The notes under the pieces were generated by a model, which saw only the letters and a program-made list of their open reading frames with translations, made no database searches and had not been told where the DNA came from. From a virus (Duplodnaviria > Caudoviricetes), in IMG/VR virus record IMGVR_UViG_3300028886_000035, positions 64,001 through 128,000 of that record: a DNA stretch of 64,000 nucleotides. One strand, given 5' to 3'. The translations under genes and the position numbers were made by a program. This document shows, one piece after another, positions 1 to 9,405 of the stretch. Every line of letters starts with the position of its first letter. Position 1 is the stretch's first letter.

Positions 1-341
1 AAATTTTTATCTACTTCAGAATCATATTTAGGTGTTTCTCCATATAAATCCAAATGTTCTCTTACTTCTCTTATTTCATCTTCAATACAAACTAAATATT
101 GGTCTATCCATTTATCAATTTCTTGTTTTGTTAAACCTTCCATTTTTCTCATTCTACTAGCAAATGATTTTTGCATAGAATAAATTAATTCAAAATCAGG
201 TAAATTAACATCAAAATGATTATCTAACATTACCTGTTGAAAAATTTCAGGATTTTTAGCATCTACATATGCTTTATACTTTGCACAATCACATTTTAAA
301 TTGGCACATTGTATTTCTAAATAAGGACATTTGTTATTCAT
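1..341 (-). CDS. All-alpha NTP pyrophosphatase / dimeric dUTPase-like protein (runs off window start)
   Basis: Manual translation MNNKCPYLEIQC...IYSMQKSFASR...WIDQYLVCIEDEIREVREHL; the ExxE helix and MQxxF motif are typical of the dUTPase_2/MazG superfamily; not in the ORF track because it is truncated. Confidence 0.5.
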   Translation of the reverse strand, partial: MNNKCPYLEIQCANLKCDCAKYKAYVDAKNPEIFQQVMLDNHFDVNLPDFELIYSMQKSFASRMRKMEGLTKQEIDKWIDQYLVCIEDEIREVREHLDLYGETPKYDSEVDKN

Positions 342-403
342 CAATAAACCTTCTTCTTATAAAAAAATTAAAGGGAATATAAAAATTCCCTTAGAATTCA
401 ATT

Positions 404-739
404 TTACTTTTTTTCTTCTCTGTTCATAGGAGCGGGTGATTGAGCGTTTCTTAACATTTGACCCAATTTATTATTTCCACCTACTACACTATTAACTGCA
501 TTAATACCTGCTACTGCAAAAATTAATGTTTCAACTATATCTGCCCATACTTGACTTAAAGCACCTGTGGATAAATACATATATCCACCAAATATCAATG
601 ATACTACAAATCCTATCATTAATACTGATACTCTAGTTTCATCAACGGACATTATATTATGAAAGAAATTTGATACCTTTGAACGTTGTTGCGGTTGTTG
701 TTCAATAGTTTGTATATCTTGTTCCATTTTTTCTGTCAC
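404..739 (-). CDS. Two-TM membrane protein, possible holin
   Basis: Two hydrophobic segments (VSVLMIGFVVSLIFGGYMYL; IVETLIFAVAGINAVNSVV) and a charged C-terminus. Confidence 0.4.
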   Translation of the reverse strand: MTEKMEQDIQTIEQQPQQRSKVSNFFHNIMSVDETRVSVLMIGFVVSLIFGGYMYLSTGALSQVWADIVETLIFAVAGINAVNSVVGGNNKLGQMLRNAQSPAPMNREEKK

Positions 740-786
740 CTCTTACAAGAATGACATATTATAAAAAACAAGATTTTATCTTTGTC

Positions 787-1680
787 TTACGATGGTAAAT
801 CTTTTCCATCTGTAATATATGCCTGACAAGAAATATTTTCACAATCTTGACAAGTTTGACAACTACATTGTGATTGACACGTTACTTGTTGGCAACAATT
901 ATTATACATATTGTGGTTTTGACAAATTTGACATGATTGACATTTACATTGAGTTTCACAGGTTTGGCACACTTGACATGGTAACACAGATTGACAGGTT
1001 TGGCAAGCGGTATTTCTTTGACATAAAACTAATTGACAAGTTGTTACCTGACAAGATACTTTTTCGCAGGTTAAAATTGAATAATCACCATTTATTTTTT
1101 GACACGCTTTCCAACTTTTAGTAGAAACACTTATTTTATAATCCCTATCCTTAATATATTGATACACATACGCTTGTATACCATCAGATGGCTTACCTGT
1201 AAATGGGTCATAAGGATATTTAAGCAATTCATAATTCACTTCATATTCATAATTATTGTATTTCGGAGGAAAATTCGTTGGAAGTCTTGCATTACTTGGT
1301 ATTTTTTTAAAATTTTTAAATGCTTTTTTCTTATCTGGGGGGTCATACATATCACGTTTTATATTTAATCCATAATAATTGTTTTCCCATTTGTCATAAT
1401 GAGTTTTGTCATAATATAATTTGTTATCATCATATTCGTCTACGAATTTTTGTTGGCAACGTATTGTTTGACATTCTACTATAGGTGTACAATTACAATT
1501 TTGTACATGTTTTTTATATTCCTCTAATCTTGTTAAAGCATTTGATATATCTATCAAATCTTGACGTTTCATTGTCTTATTTTCTTTTGTTTCTCCACTT
1601 ATATCTCTAAATTTTGTTGGAGTAATAATACCATTAGGAGTATTTGTTATTTCACATTTAAATTTTAAATCATCACTCAT
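787..1680 (-). CDS. Cys-Gln repeat protein, candidate radical-SAM substrate
   Basis: 22 Cys in the last ~107 aa (16 CQ, 3 CE) plus NCNC..CQ..CQ near the N-terminus; ATG at 1680 with a GGTGGTG RBS overlaps the stop of the upstream rSAM gene. Confidence 0.75.
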   Translation of the reverse strand: MSDDLKFKCEITNTPNGIITPTKFRDISGETKENKTMKRQDLIDISNALTRLEEYKKHVQNCNCTPIVECQTIRCQQKFVDEYDDNKLYYDKTHYDKWENNYYGLNIKRDMYDPPDKKKAFKNFKKIPSNARLPTNFPPKYNNYEYEVNYELLKYPYDPFTGKPSDGIQAYVYQYIKDRDYKISVSTKSWKACQKINGDYSILTCEKVSCQVTTCQLVLCQRNTACQTCQSVLPCQVCQTCETQCKCQSCQICQNHNMYNNCCQQVTCQSQCSCQTCQDCENISCQAYITDGKDLPS

Positions 1681-2761
1681 ATACTGCACCACCCAATATT
1701 TTAATTAACTGCATAATCGGATAGTTCATCTGATATGACATTTTACAATAATATTCTCCCCTAGCTTTATCATTTACTAACGGACAACCATTTCTACAAA
1801 TAATCTGTACAAGACATTCGTTACATTTTTTTGATGTATCTTTTGTTTTATCTAAATCAAATACGTTTTTCATTATATCAAAATAGTTATCTCTAATATA
1901 TCCAATTTTTGTATCTGTATTGTGACATTTATATAAATTACCTTGTAAATCCATATTTAATACTTCGCAACCATTCCCACATCTATCTCTATTTGGTACA
2001 AATGATTTCTGATTAATGGCATTACGAATATAACCAATTTTTTCTTCAATAAATTTTTTACGAATAACACTAATCGGTTTATTTTCTTGAAAATGTAATC
2101 TATATTCTTCACATAATTGCGTCATTTGTTCTTGTACTTTATCATAATCAAATTGTTTTAAATCCTGATTTTGCATATTAACATCTAATAGTTCATCAAC
2201 ATTAAAATACAATGTATGACCATGATAATTTTCTACATAATCTCGATTAACTTCTTCACAATCTTCTAAATAATCAAGAATATAATTATATGTACTTAAT
2301 ACACCCGAAAATGAAAAATTATTTAATTTAAAAATATTTTCTTTATTTTCTTTTACCACATCATATCCACGAGTAATTTCACTATTTCTCCCATCCCAAC
2401 TAATTGTTACATGAGAAAAATTTTTATTTAAATATTCAACTTTTTCCTCGTCTAACAATTTACCATTTGTTATCATGGTGAAATATACATTATTTGGCAT
2501 ATTATGTTCTTTTAATCCATTAATAAATTCTTTTATTTTTTCAAAAAATACAAGTGGTTCTCCACCATAAAATTGCAATCCCAAATTTTCATTCTGATTG
2601 CGTGCTATATCATTGATAAAATTATATATATCAGGATTAATATCTTTCCCTAATGCAACATTTACCACGTCATGTTGTAAACAATACTTACAATTCATAT
2701 TACATTCATGACCTAACATAATAAAAATTGTAGATATATTTGTTTGTAAATAATTACGCAT
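1673..2761 (-). CDS. Radical SAM/SPASM domain protein
   Basis: CNMNCKYC, GGEPL and TNG motifs; SPASM cysteines CGNG...KCH...CNECLVQIICRNGCP...YYC. Confidence 0.92.
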   Translation of the reverse strand: MRNYLQTNISTIFIMLGHECNMNCKYCLQHDVVNVALGKDINPDIYNFINDIARNQNENLGLQFYGGEPLVFFEKIKEFINGLKEHNMPNNVYFTMITNGKLLDEEKVEYLNKNFSHVTISWDGRNSEITRGYDVVKENKENIFKLNNFSFSGVLSTYNYILDYLEDCEEVNRDYVENYHGHTLYFNVDELLDVNMQNQDLKQFDYDKVQEQMTQLCEEYRLHFQENKPISVIRKKFIEEKIGYIRNAINQKSFVPNRDRCGNGCEVLNMDLQGNLYKCHNTDTKIGYIRDNYFDIMKNVFDLDKTKDTSKKCNECLVQIICRNGCPLVNDKARGEYYCKMSYQMNYPIMQLIKILGGAVYE

Positions 2762-2803
2762 ACATTACTATCCTTTCATAATTGTATATTATATATATTA
2801 TAT

Positions 2804-2841
2804 AAAAAAAGAGAAGTGTTTTTTAACTTCTCTTTTTTTTT
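2804..2841. terminator. Intrinsic terminator (bidirectional-type hairpin)
   Basis: aaaaaaagagaagt-loop-acttctcttttttt. Confidence 0.75.
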
Positions 2842-2845
2842 AACA

Positions 2846-3427
2846 TTATTTAAATAAATCTTTTGATACTTCATACATAGTGTCTCGTGAATGTAAGGCA
2901 TCTTGATAATCTTCTTCAACTAGCTTATCCCATTCTTCATCTGTATACTTTACAGAACCATCGTCATGTTGAGAATCATATTCGCTAACAGATTGATATA
3001 AATCATCCATAATTTTATCCACTTTTTCAATCATATAATCTATATCATCTTCTAAATAACTCAAACATTTATCATCATGTTTAATACCATTAATCAAATA
3101 TTTAATTACTTCTTCAGAAGCATTAATATCATCACCCGTTCCTAATACTTCAGGTAAGCCAACTTGTTCAATAGCATCTTTTACATAACCATAATTTTCA
3201 CTATTAGAAAGAAGAAAATCAACAAATCCATTAGCAGTTGCTTCATCATGAAAATTATCTAATCCATCAAATGTCATAAACCAATCCTGTAAAGCACTAT
3301 TTGCACGCCATGTATCATCAATGTAATCCATCAATTCATCTTCTGTCCAATCTTTATCAGACAAAACTTGTTTTAACTGTTCAACAGTATTAATTGATTT
3401 AAATTCTTCTGCTACTTTTTTAAGCAT
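2846..3427 (-). CDS. Acidic hypothetical protein with basic N-terminal tag (MLKKVA)
   Basis: ORF track; ATG at 3427 follows an AAGGTGA RBS; D/E-rich body. Confidence 0.7.
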   Translation of the reverse strand: MLKKVAEEFKSINTVEQLKQVLSDKDWTEDELMDYIDDTWRANSALQDWFMTFDGLDNFHDEATANGFVDFLLSNSENYGYVKDAIEQVGLPEVLGTGDDINASEEVIKYLINGIKHDDKCLSYLEDDIDYMIEKVDKIMDDLYQSVSEYDSQHDDGSVKYTDEEWDKLVEEDYQDALHSRDTMYEVSKDLFK

Positions 3428-3441
3428 TATATATATCACCT

Positions 3442-4554
3442 TTATCCTTTAAAATTCAACATAAATTCATATTCTTCTTTTTGTTTTTCATTTTTTATTA
3501 TATCTAATTCGTATTTTAATTTTAAAATCGGATAATATCTTAATGTAGCCATTCTACAATAAAATTCATCACGAGAAGTTTGTGGTATCTTTGGACAAGC
3601 ATTTCTACAAAGAGACTGTACAGGACAATCATTACAACCATTTAAACCGTGTTCAATCGTTTTATCATGGTCATTAATATTTTTCAATACATCAAAATAA
3701 TTATCATGTATTGTTCCCATCACTTCGGAATCGCCGTGACAACAGTAAAGATTCCCTTGTAAATCTAAATTGATATTTTCTCCACCGTTTCCACAAAATA
3801 ATCTAGTCGGTGTTTTATCACAACCACAATTACAATCTTCTATAAATTTAATATACATTGGATTACTTATAATTTTATCATTTTTGATACAATATAAATA
3901 TTCTTCACAAATTTCTTCCATTTGCTGATAAAATTTATTTTCATCAAACTTCTTTAATTGTGGATTTGGCAATTCTGTATCGTACTGCATTAAATTTTCT
4001 ATATGTACAGATATTTCATGACCAAATTCTTTTTGTACTTCATAACAATCATCTAAATAGTCTTTTGGGTAACAATAAGAAGAAAATACTCCGTCAAAAC
4101 CCCAAAACCCTTCTTTATCTAATTTAAATAAATTTTCTTTATTTTGCGCTATAACATCATAACTACGAGTTATTTTACTGTTTCTCCCATCCCACGATAA
4201 ACCAAATCCTTTTAAATTTTCTTTTATCCACGGAATCGTTTTATCGTTTAATAGCTTACCATTTGTTACCATACTAAAAGTAATATTTTCATTTCCTTCT
4301 TTAGATTTTACCATATCTACTACTTTTTGCATAGTATCAAAATATACTAAAGGTTCTCCACCCCAAAATAATATATTAATCGGATGAATATTATTAGCTA
4401 TATCCAATAACCAATCTATTATCATAGGGTCAATTTCTTTCGCCATAGCATGATTTACTACATCATGTTCAATACAATATCTACAACTTAAATTGCATTT
4501 AAAGCCCATCATTAAATACACTTGATGTATTGGCAAATTTAATACATTTAGCAT
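3442..4554 (-). CDS. Radical SAM/SPASM domain protein, paralog of 1673..2761
   Basis: CNLSCRYC, GGEPLV, TNGKLL and SWDGRNS.ITR.YDV shared with 1673..2761; SPASM cysteines present. Confidence 0.92.
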   Translation of the reverse strand: MLNVLNLPIHQVYLMMGFKCNLSCRYCIEHDVVNHAMAKEIDPMIIDWLLDIANNIHPINILFWGGEPLVYFDTMQKVVDMVKSKEGNENITFSMVTNGKLLNDKTIPWIKENLKGFGLSWDGRNSKITRSYDVIAQNKENLFKLDKEGFWGFDGVFSSYCYPKDYLDDCYEVQKEFGHEISVHIENLMQYDTELPNPQLKKFDENKFYQQMEEICEEYLYCIKNDKIISNPMYIKFIEDCNCGCDKTPTRLFCGNGGENINLDLQGNLYCCHGDSEVMGTIHDNYFDVLKNINDHDKTIEHGLNGCNDCPVQSLCRNACPKIPQTSRDEFYCRMATLRYYPILKLKYELDIIKNEKQKEEYEFMLNFKG

Positions 4555-4558
4555 AACC

Positions 4559-5788
4559 TCAATCCTTTATTCCTTGTAATATCATACCTGTATTTGTCCA
4601 ATCTGCTTTATCAATTGCTTCTTTTACAGTCATAACATGAAGATGTATTCTTTCCGTATCTTCAATAACACCATGTACTTGATTATCATTTTTAACTTTA
4701 TTTATTTCTTCTTCTGATAATTCAACTGTGAACAAAGCTATCTTATGAGAACATAATGTAGCAGCAGACTGTTTCATATCTAATTGTTTAAATCTATTTT
4801 TATTTAATTTTAATCCAGTTTCTTCTTCTAATTCTTTTGAAGCGGTTAACAACATATCATCTAATGGATTTAGTGAACTTCCACCAGGCAACTCATATAC
4901 CATTTCCGTTTCATTATTAATTGGTGTTCTAAATTCTTCACATAAAACAATTTCCGTATCGAGCAAATTATCTTTTTTACAATAAGCTAAGATATAACTC
5001 ATATCTGTTCGTGCAACAACAAATTCATTATCTTTAACCCTATCTTCTTTTGCAATATATACAGAAGGATGAAAAATCTCTAAAAACATTTGTTTTGCTT
5101 TTGGCATAACAAATTCATATTCCATATTAAAATCAGTTAAATAATTTCCAACATTTAACTGTTGTTTATACCAATTTTGAAACTGCTTTGTTTTATATAT
5201 ATGCATTGGTATTTTAACTTCCGTATCTTCACGATAAACACCTTGCCCTAAATATTCTACTGTAGCTTTTAATGTATCCTTTAATGTATTATGCCACTCA
5301 TACTTATCTCTTGAAATTAATTTCAAATATTCCATTCTTGGTGCTTCATCAGGACAACCACAAAACAGTTTGTTTGAATTTAAAAATCGACCAAATTCTA
5401 CATTTGTTGTTAAGCCAATCATTTCAAAATCCGAACGCATTTCTCTAGGAATCCAAAATACAATAGCATCACAAGCGCACATACAACTATATTCCCAATC
5501 TAATTGAGCTTTTAACGTAAATGTACGCTTCATTTCTTCACCTTTGATATTGTTATCATCATAAGGTACTTTTGCTCTATCTTCAGGAATATATACAACA
5601 CCATTATATCCCATTTCTTCTAAAATTTGTAATGCTTCTTTTTTCCACGATAATTCATATTCCTTTCGTGGAACTGGTCCAGCTAAGAACATGGACTTTG
5701 TTTCATCTTTTGGCATATCTTCTCGTGAATATACAACTGTCATTTTATTCATTCCTAAACGTTTCATTAAATCTTTCCTTTCATACAC
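4559..5788 (-). CDS. Nucleoside 2-deoxyribosyltransferase-like + NUDIX hydrolase fusion
   Basis: N-terminal FLAGP..SW..IPE..WE...DAIVFWIPR..TTNVEFG; C-terminal Nudix box ELPGG...ASKELEEETGL. Confidence 0.8.
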   Translation of the reverse strand: MYERKDLMKRLGMNKMTVVYSREDMPKDETKSMFLAGPVPRKEYELSWKKEALQILEEMGYNGVVYIPEDRAKVPYDDNNIKGEEMKRTFTLKAQLDWEYSCMCACDAIVFWIPREMRSDFEMIGLTTNVEFGRFLNSNKLFCGCPDEAPRMEYLKLISRDKYEWHNTLKDTLKATVEYLGQGVYREDTEVKIPMHIYKTKQFQNWYKQQLNVGNYLTDFNMEYEFVMPKAKQMFLEIFHPSVYIAKEDRVKDNEFVVARTDMSYILAYCKKDNLLDTEIVLCEEFRTPINNETEMVYELPGGSSLNPLDDMLLTASKELEEETGLKLNKNRFKQLDMKQSAATLCSHKIALFTVELSEEEINKVKNDNQVHGVIEDTERIHLHVMTVKEAIDKADWTNTGMILQGIKD

Positions 5789-6572
5789 TTTTTAATTTAG
5801 CAAGTCGCGTAACTTGTTTATCATGGCAATCATAATAATATACTTTATTTACATTTGTCTGTGATTTTATTGCATCTGCTACTTCTTCTCGTGTACAATT
5901 TGATAAATTATCATCTATAAATGCCATATTCATAGCTATATGTCCAAAAGCAAATACATCAGAACCTACATCTTTTTCCATTGTATCATTATCTATACGT
6001 TGTATATCTTTATCATTATCATATCCTTGTTTTAAAAATACACGTTTGATTAATTGCGTATGTGTTTCAAAATTTTTTCCTATATATATTTTACCATCTA
6101 CATATACAAATGGATTTTCACGATTATTATAATCCAATTTATACGTTAAAAATGTACTATCTCCTACATTGTCTTTCTTATTTTTTAAGTCCTCCATATA
6201 TTCTATTGTATCAGGATAATATTTGTCTTTATATTTTAAATAATTTTGATAATATCCTTTTCTATCTGATAATTCCGTTAATATATCTTCAGGTAAATTT
6301 TCAGATACTTCAAAATCCTCTATATATACTCCTATATTTTCTTCACAAGTAAATAAAAAATCTGTATCTTCTATCAAATTATACACATATAAATCTATAT
6401 CTGCATCTTCATTATTTTCATCTTTTTTACTAAAATAATTTTTCAAATATTCTTCACTAAAATATTTTGATATATCTGAATCTTTGTCTATTCCTTCTAA
6501 ACATTTATCAAAATTATTCCCTAACAAATCTTTTAATTCATATATATCATCTATATATATTTCTTCATCCAT
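5781..6572 (-). CDS. Acidic protein with conserved TH/FGH C-terminal domain (paralog family member 1)
   Basis: Likely start MDEEIY at 6572 (the ORF-track extension crosses a terminator and the upstream gene); RENPFVYVDG..THTQL..FGHI..AF..KVY..RLAK. Confidence 0.75.
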   Translation of the reverse strand: MDEEIYIDDIYELKDLLGNNFDKCLEGIDKDSDISKYFSEEYLKNYFSKKDENNEDADIDLYVYNLIEDTDFLFTCEENIGVYIEDFEVSENLPEDILTELSDRKGYYQNYLKYKDKYYPDTIEYMEDLKNKKDNVGDSTFLTYKLDYNNRENPFVYVDGKIYIGKNFETHTQLIKRVFLKQGYDNDKDIQRIDNDTMEKDVGSDVFAFGHIAMNMAFIDDNLSNCTREEVADAIKSQTNVNKVYYYDCHDKQVTRLAKLKSV

Positions 6573-6645
6573 ATTTTCACAACCCTGTATATTATCTATA
6601 AAAAAAATAAATAAAGACAAGTTTTTTACAACTTGTCTTTTCATT

Positions 6646-7575
6646 TTATTTTGTATAGCATCTGAATTTAGCAAGGCGTTGAACCAAATAATTATTCGTA
6701 TCATAAAAATATGCTTTGTCTACGCCCAATTGTTTAATACAAGCCTTTGCTACATCATCTTCACTTGCACCTGATTCAAGTACTTCAATAAATGCCATAT
6801 TATCAACAATATGTCCAAATGCAATATCTTTTGTACCTGTTAAACGTTCCATTCTTGCTTGGCTAGGTCTACTTCCTCCAATATCACCATCACCTTCAAA
6901 ATCTTTTGGAATCCTATCTCCTTTTCCTACATCTTCCAAATATTTTTCTAAAATTTGTGCATGGGTTTCTCCCTTATCACCTTTGATACAATCACCTGCT
7001 ATATAAATGAACGCTGCGTCTCTTGTATCATAATCTAAATTTTCTGTAGATTCTACTTCTATTGTATCACCAATATTGTCATCTAATTCATTTAAATCAG
7101 ACCACTCATCTACACTTGCAGATTTTTCATCATAATCTAATTCTAGTGTTTCGTCTTGATTTTCTTCCCCAAATCCATACGAACGTTCATTATCTTCCAT
7201 ATACATATCTTTTGCTCTATCAAATTCTTCTTCAAAATCTGTATCACTAGGAATATCATCTGCTATTTCCGATACACAATTATCCGTTATGGATAATTCA
7301 TCTTCTGAATTATAATCACCTAACCATGAATTGTATTCGCTTACTAATACATCAGAATTAATGATACCATCTAAATATTCTTCTGAATTAATGTTTTTTA
7401 CTCCCTCATATGCCGTTTGATTCATATCACAATCGAAATCAGCCGTTGGGAATAATTCTGCAAGTGTATCATATATTCCATCTTCTGTAATACTATAAGC
7501 AGAATTAATAAAATCTTTATAATCAGAATCTAAATAATCTTTTAAATCATTTGCATTATCAAAAACTATTTCCAT
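6646..7575 (-). CDS. Acidic protein, TH/FGH paralog family member 2
   Basis: RDAAFIYIAG..THAQIL..FGHIVDNMAF..RLAKF; similar along its full length to 7715..8647. Confidence 0.8.
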   Translation of the reverse strand: MEIVFDNANDLKDYLDSDYKDFINSAYSITEDGIYDTLAELFPTADFDCDMNQTAYEGVKNINSEEYLDGIINSDVLVSEYNSWLGDYNSEDELSITDNCVSEIADDIPSDTDFEEEFDRAKDMYMEDNERSYGFGEENQDETLELDYDEKSASVDEWSDLNELDDNIGDTIEVESTENLDYDTRDAAFIYIAGDCIKGDKGETHAQILEKYLEDVGKGDRIPKDFEGDGDIGGSRPSQARMERLTGTKDIAFGHIVDNMAFIEVLESGASEDDVAKACIKQLGVDKAYFYDTNNYLVQRLAKFRCYTK

Positions 7576-7682
7576 TATACATCCATCCTTATTATCTTTG
7601 CTAATCTTTTTACTACATCTGTTTTAGAATTTCTACTTACCATATATACTTTGTCTACTTTTAATTGCTTCTTACAAACATT
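7575..7682 (-). pseudogene. Orphan C-terminal stub of the TH/FGH family
   Basis: Manual translation NVCKKQLKVDKVYMVSRNSKTDVVKRLAKIIRMDV*, preceded by an in-frame TAG; its stop overlaps the next ATG (TAATG). Confidence 0.75.
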
Positions 7683-7714
7683 CTACTATTCCTTTTCTTA
7701 AAATATTATCTTTT

Positions 7715-8647
7715 TTATTTCGTATAAACTTTCCATTTAGCCAAACGTTTAACTACACCGCTGTAATTATCTAAGAAATAAACCTTATCTACTTTTAATT
7801 GTTTCTTACAAGCCTTGGCTACATCATCTTCATTTGCTCCTGTTTCCAAAACTTCAACAAACGCCATATTATCTACAATATGCCCAAACGCTACATTATC
7901 TGTATCTACCAAACGTCTCATACGTGACTGCGTTGGTCTACTTCTTGCTATATCATCACCTTTTAAATCCTCTGGTATCATATCTTCATTTCCAAGTTCT
8001 TCCATGTAATCCGCTAAAATCTGCCCATGTGTTTTTCCTTCTTCGCCATAGGCTACATCACCATCTATATATACAAACGCACCATCGCGATTATCATAAT
8101 CTAATGACCTTCCATCTTCAATGTTTGTTTGTTCCCCTATTTTATCATCTACTTCTGCTAAATCTGACCAATCATCAACAGAATTATCTTCTTCATTATA
8201 CTCTAAATCTAGGGTTATATCATCATCTTCTTCACCAAAACCTGAACAATTACGCTCACAATAAGATACATAACTATTCAATGCTTTATCAAAATTTTCC
8301 TCAATATCCGTTTTGCTTGTTAGTTCCCCTGCCATTTCAGAAACACAGTCGCTAGAAACATCTAATTCATCTTCTGTATTATAATCAGATAGCCAATTTT
8401 CGTATTCATCTAATAACAAGTCATTATTTGTAATATCATCAATATAATCATTGACATCTAAATTACTTAACCCTTCATAAGCAGTTTCGTTCATTTCATC
8501 GTCACCGTTACGTGTTGGATAAAATGCTTCTAATTCATCACGAATACCTCCTTCTGTAATGCAATAAGGTGAATTTAAAAATTCATTAAAATCTGAATCT
8601 AAATAATCTTTCGCTTCGCTTATTGTATTAAAAACAATCTTTGCCAT
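7715..8647 (-). CDS. Acidic protein, TH/FGH paralog family member 3
   Basis: RDGAFVYIDG..THGQIL..FGHIVDNMAF..CKKQLKVDKVY..VVKRLAKW. Confidence 0.8.
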   Translation of the reverse strand: MAKIVFNTISEAKDYLDSDFNEFLNSPYCITEGGIRDELEAFYPTRNGDDEMNETAYEGLSNLDVNDYIDDITNNDLLLDEYENWLSDYNTEDELDVSSDCVSEMAGELTSKTDIEENFDKALNSYVSYCERNCSGFGEEDDDITLDLEYNEEDNSVDDWSDLAEVDDKIGEQTNIEDGRSLDYDNRDGAFVYIDGDVAYGEEGKTHGQILADYMEELGNEDMIPEDLKGDDIARSRPTQSRMRRLVDTDNVAFGHIVDNMAFVEVLETGANEDDVAKACKKQLKVDKVYFLDNYSGVVKRLAKWKVYTK

Positions 8648-8770
8648 TTAAACATCCTCCTTTGTATATAAAACCACTTTTGCCAATCTCTTGACTACAT
8701 TATTATTATGATTTACATAATATACTTTATCTATTATATATCTATCCTTTATTTTATTTCGTGTATTATA
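8648..8770 (-). pseudogene. Second orphan C-terminal stub of the TH/FGH family
   Basis: Manual translation YNTRNKIKDRYIIDKVYYVNHNNNVVKRLAKVVLYTKEDV*; no start codon; in frame after the TAA of 8771..8950. Confidence 0.7.
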
Positions 8771-8950
8771 TTATCCTCTTTTGGCTTTCATATATTCATA
8801 CCAATAATATATGTTTTTATCTCCATTTACCGAACTAATAAAAAACCACACTATCAATACTGTAACTATAATCGAACCTATTGTATTAACAACTACCTGT
8901 AATATATAAGAAAAAATTAGTACCATTAAAAACGCCGTCAAACTATTCAT
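8771..8950 (-). CDS. Small two-TM membrane protein (59 aa)
   Basis: Manual translation MNSLTAFLMVLIFSYILQVVVNTIGSIIVTVLIVWFFISSVNGDKNIYYWYEYMKAKRG; start overlaps the upstream stop. Confidence 0.6.
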   Translation of the reverse strand: MNSLTAFLMVLIFSYILQVVVNTIGSIIVTVLIVWFFISSVNGDKNIYYWYEYMKAKRG

Positions 8951-9398
8951 TACTATCTTCCCTTTCTATACGATTATTATATTTCTCTATTAAATAGTTT
9001 TTAATTGATGTCCTCATATTAGATAAAAATTCGTGATATTCTGTATATTGACAATTTAATTTTATCTGCAATATTTCTACATCATTGAAATTCGTCTTTA
9101 CAAAATTGTTTAGACTACCATATTCACACGTTATATCATTTATCCCTTTATCATTCAAAAGTAATGTGAACATAATTAATCTCGTATTCTTACGATATGT
9201 TTTTAACCTGATTACATGACGTGTATTTATCTTTGCATACTCATTCATATATTCCGTTATTTCATCTACTATCGTCTTTAAATAAGGAAAATCCATAGAT
9301 TTATATATATAAAATGATAGATTGTTAATATGGATAAAATCTATCGCTTTATCCATTACTCTCTTGACTCTATCATTTAATCTTACATTGTCTACCAA
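8943..9398 (-). CDS. Hypothetical protein
   Basis: ORF track, operon context. Confidence 0.55.
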   Translation of the reverse strand: MVDNVRLNDRVKRVMDKAIDFIHINNLSFYIYKSMDFPYLKTIVDEITEYMNEYAKINTRHVIRLKTYRKNTRLIMFTLLLNDKGINDITCEYGSLNNFVKTNFNDVEILQIKLNCQYTEYHEFLSNMRTSIKNYLIEKYNNRIEREDSNE

Positions 9399-9405
9399 TT
9401 ATATC

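Noticed and set aside
6573-6704. N-terminal extension of ORF 5781..6704
   Set aside because: It overlaps the upstream gene and crosses a terminator hairpin; the ATG at 6572 aligns with the paralog starts.
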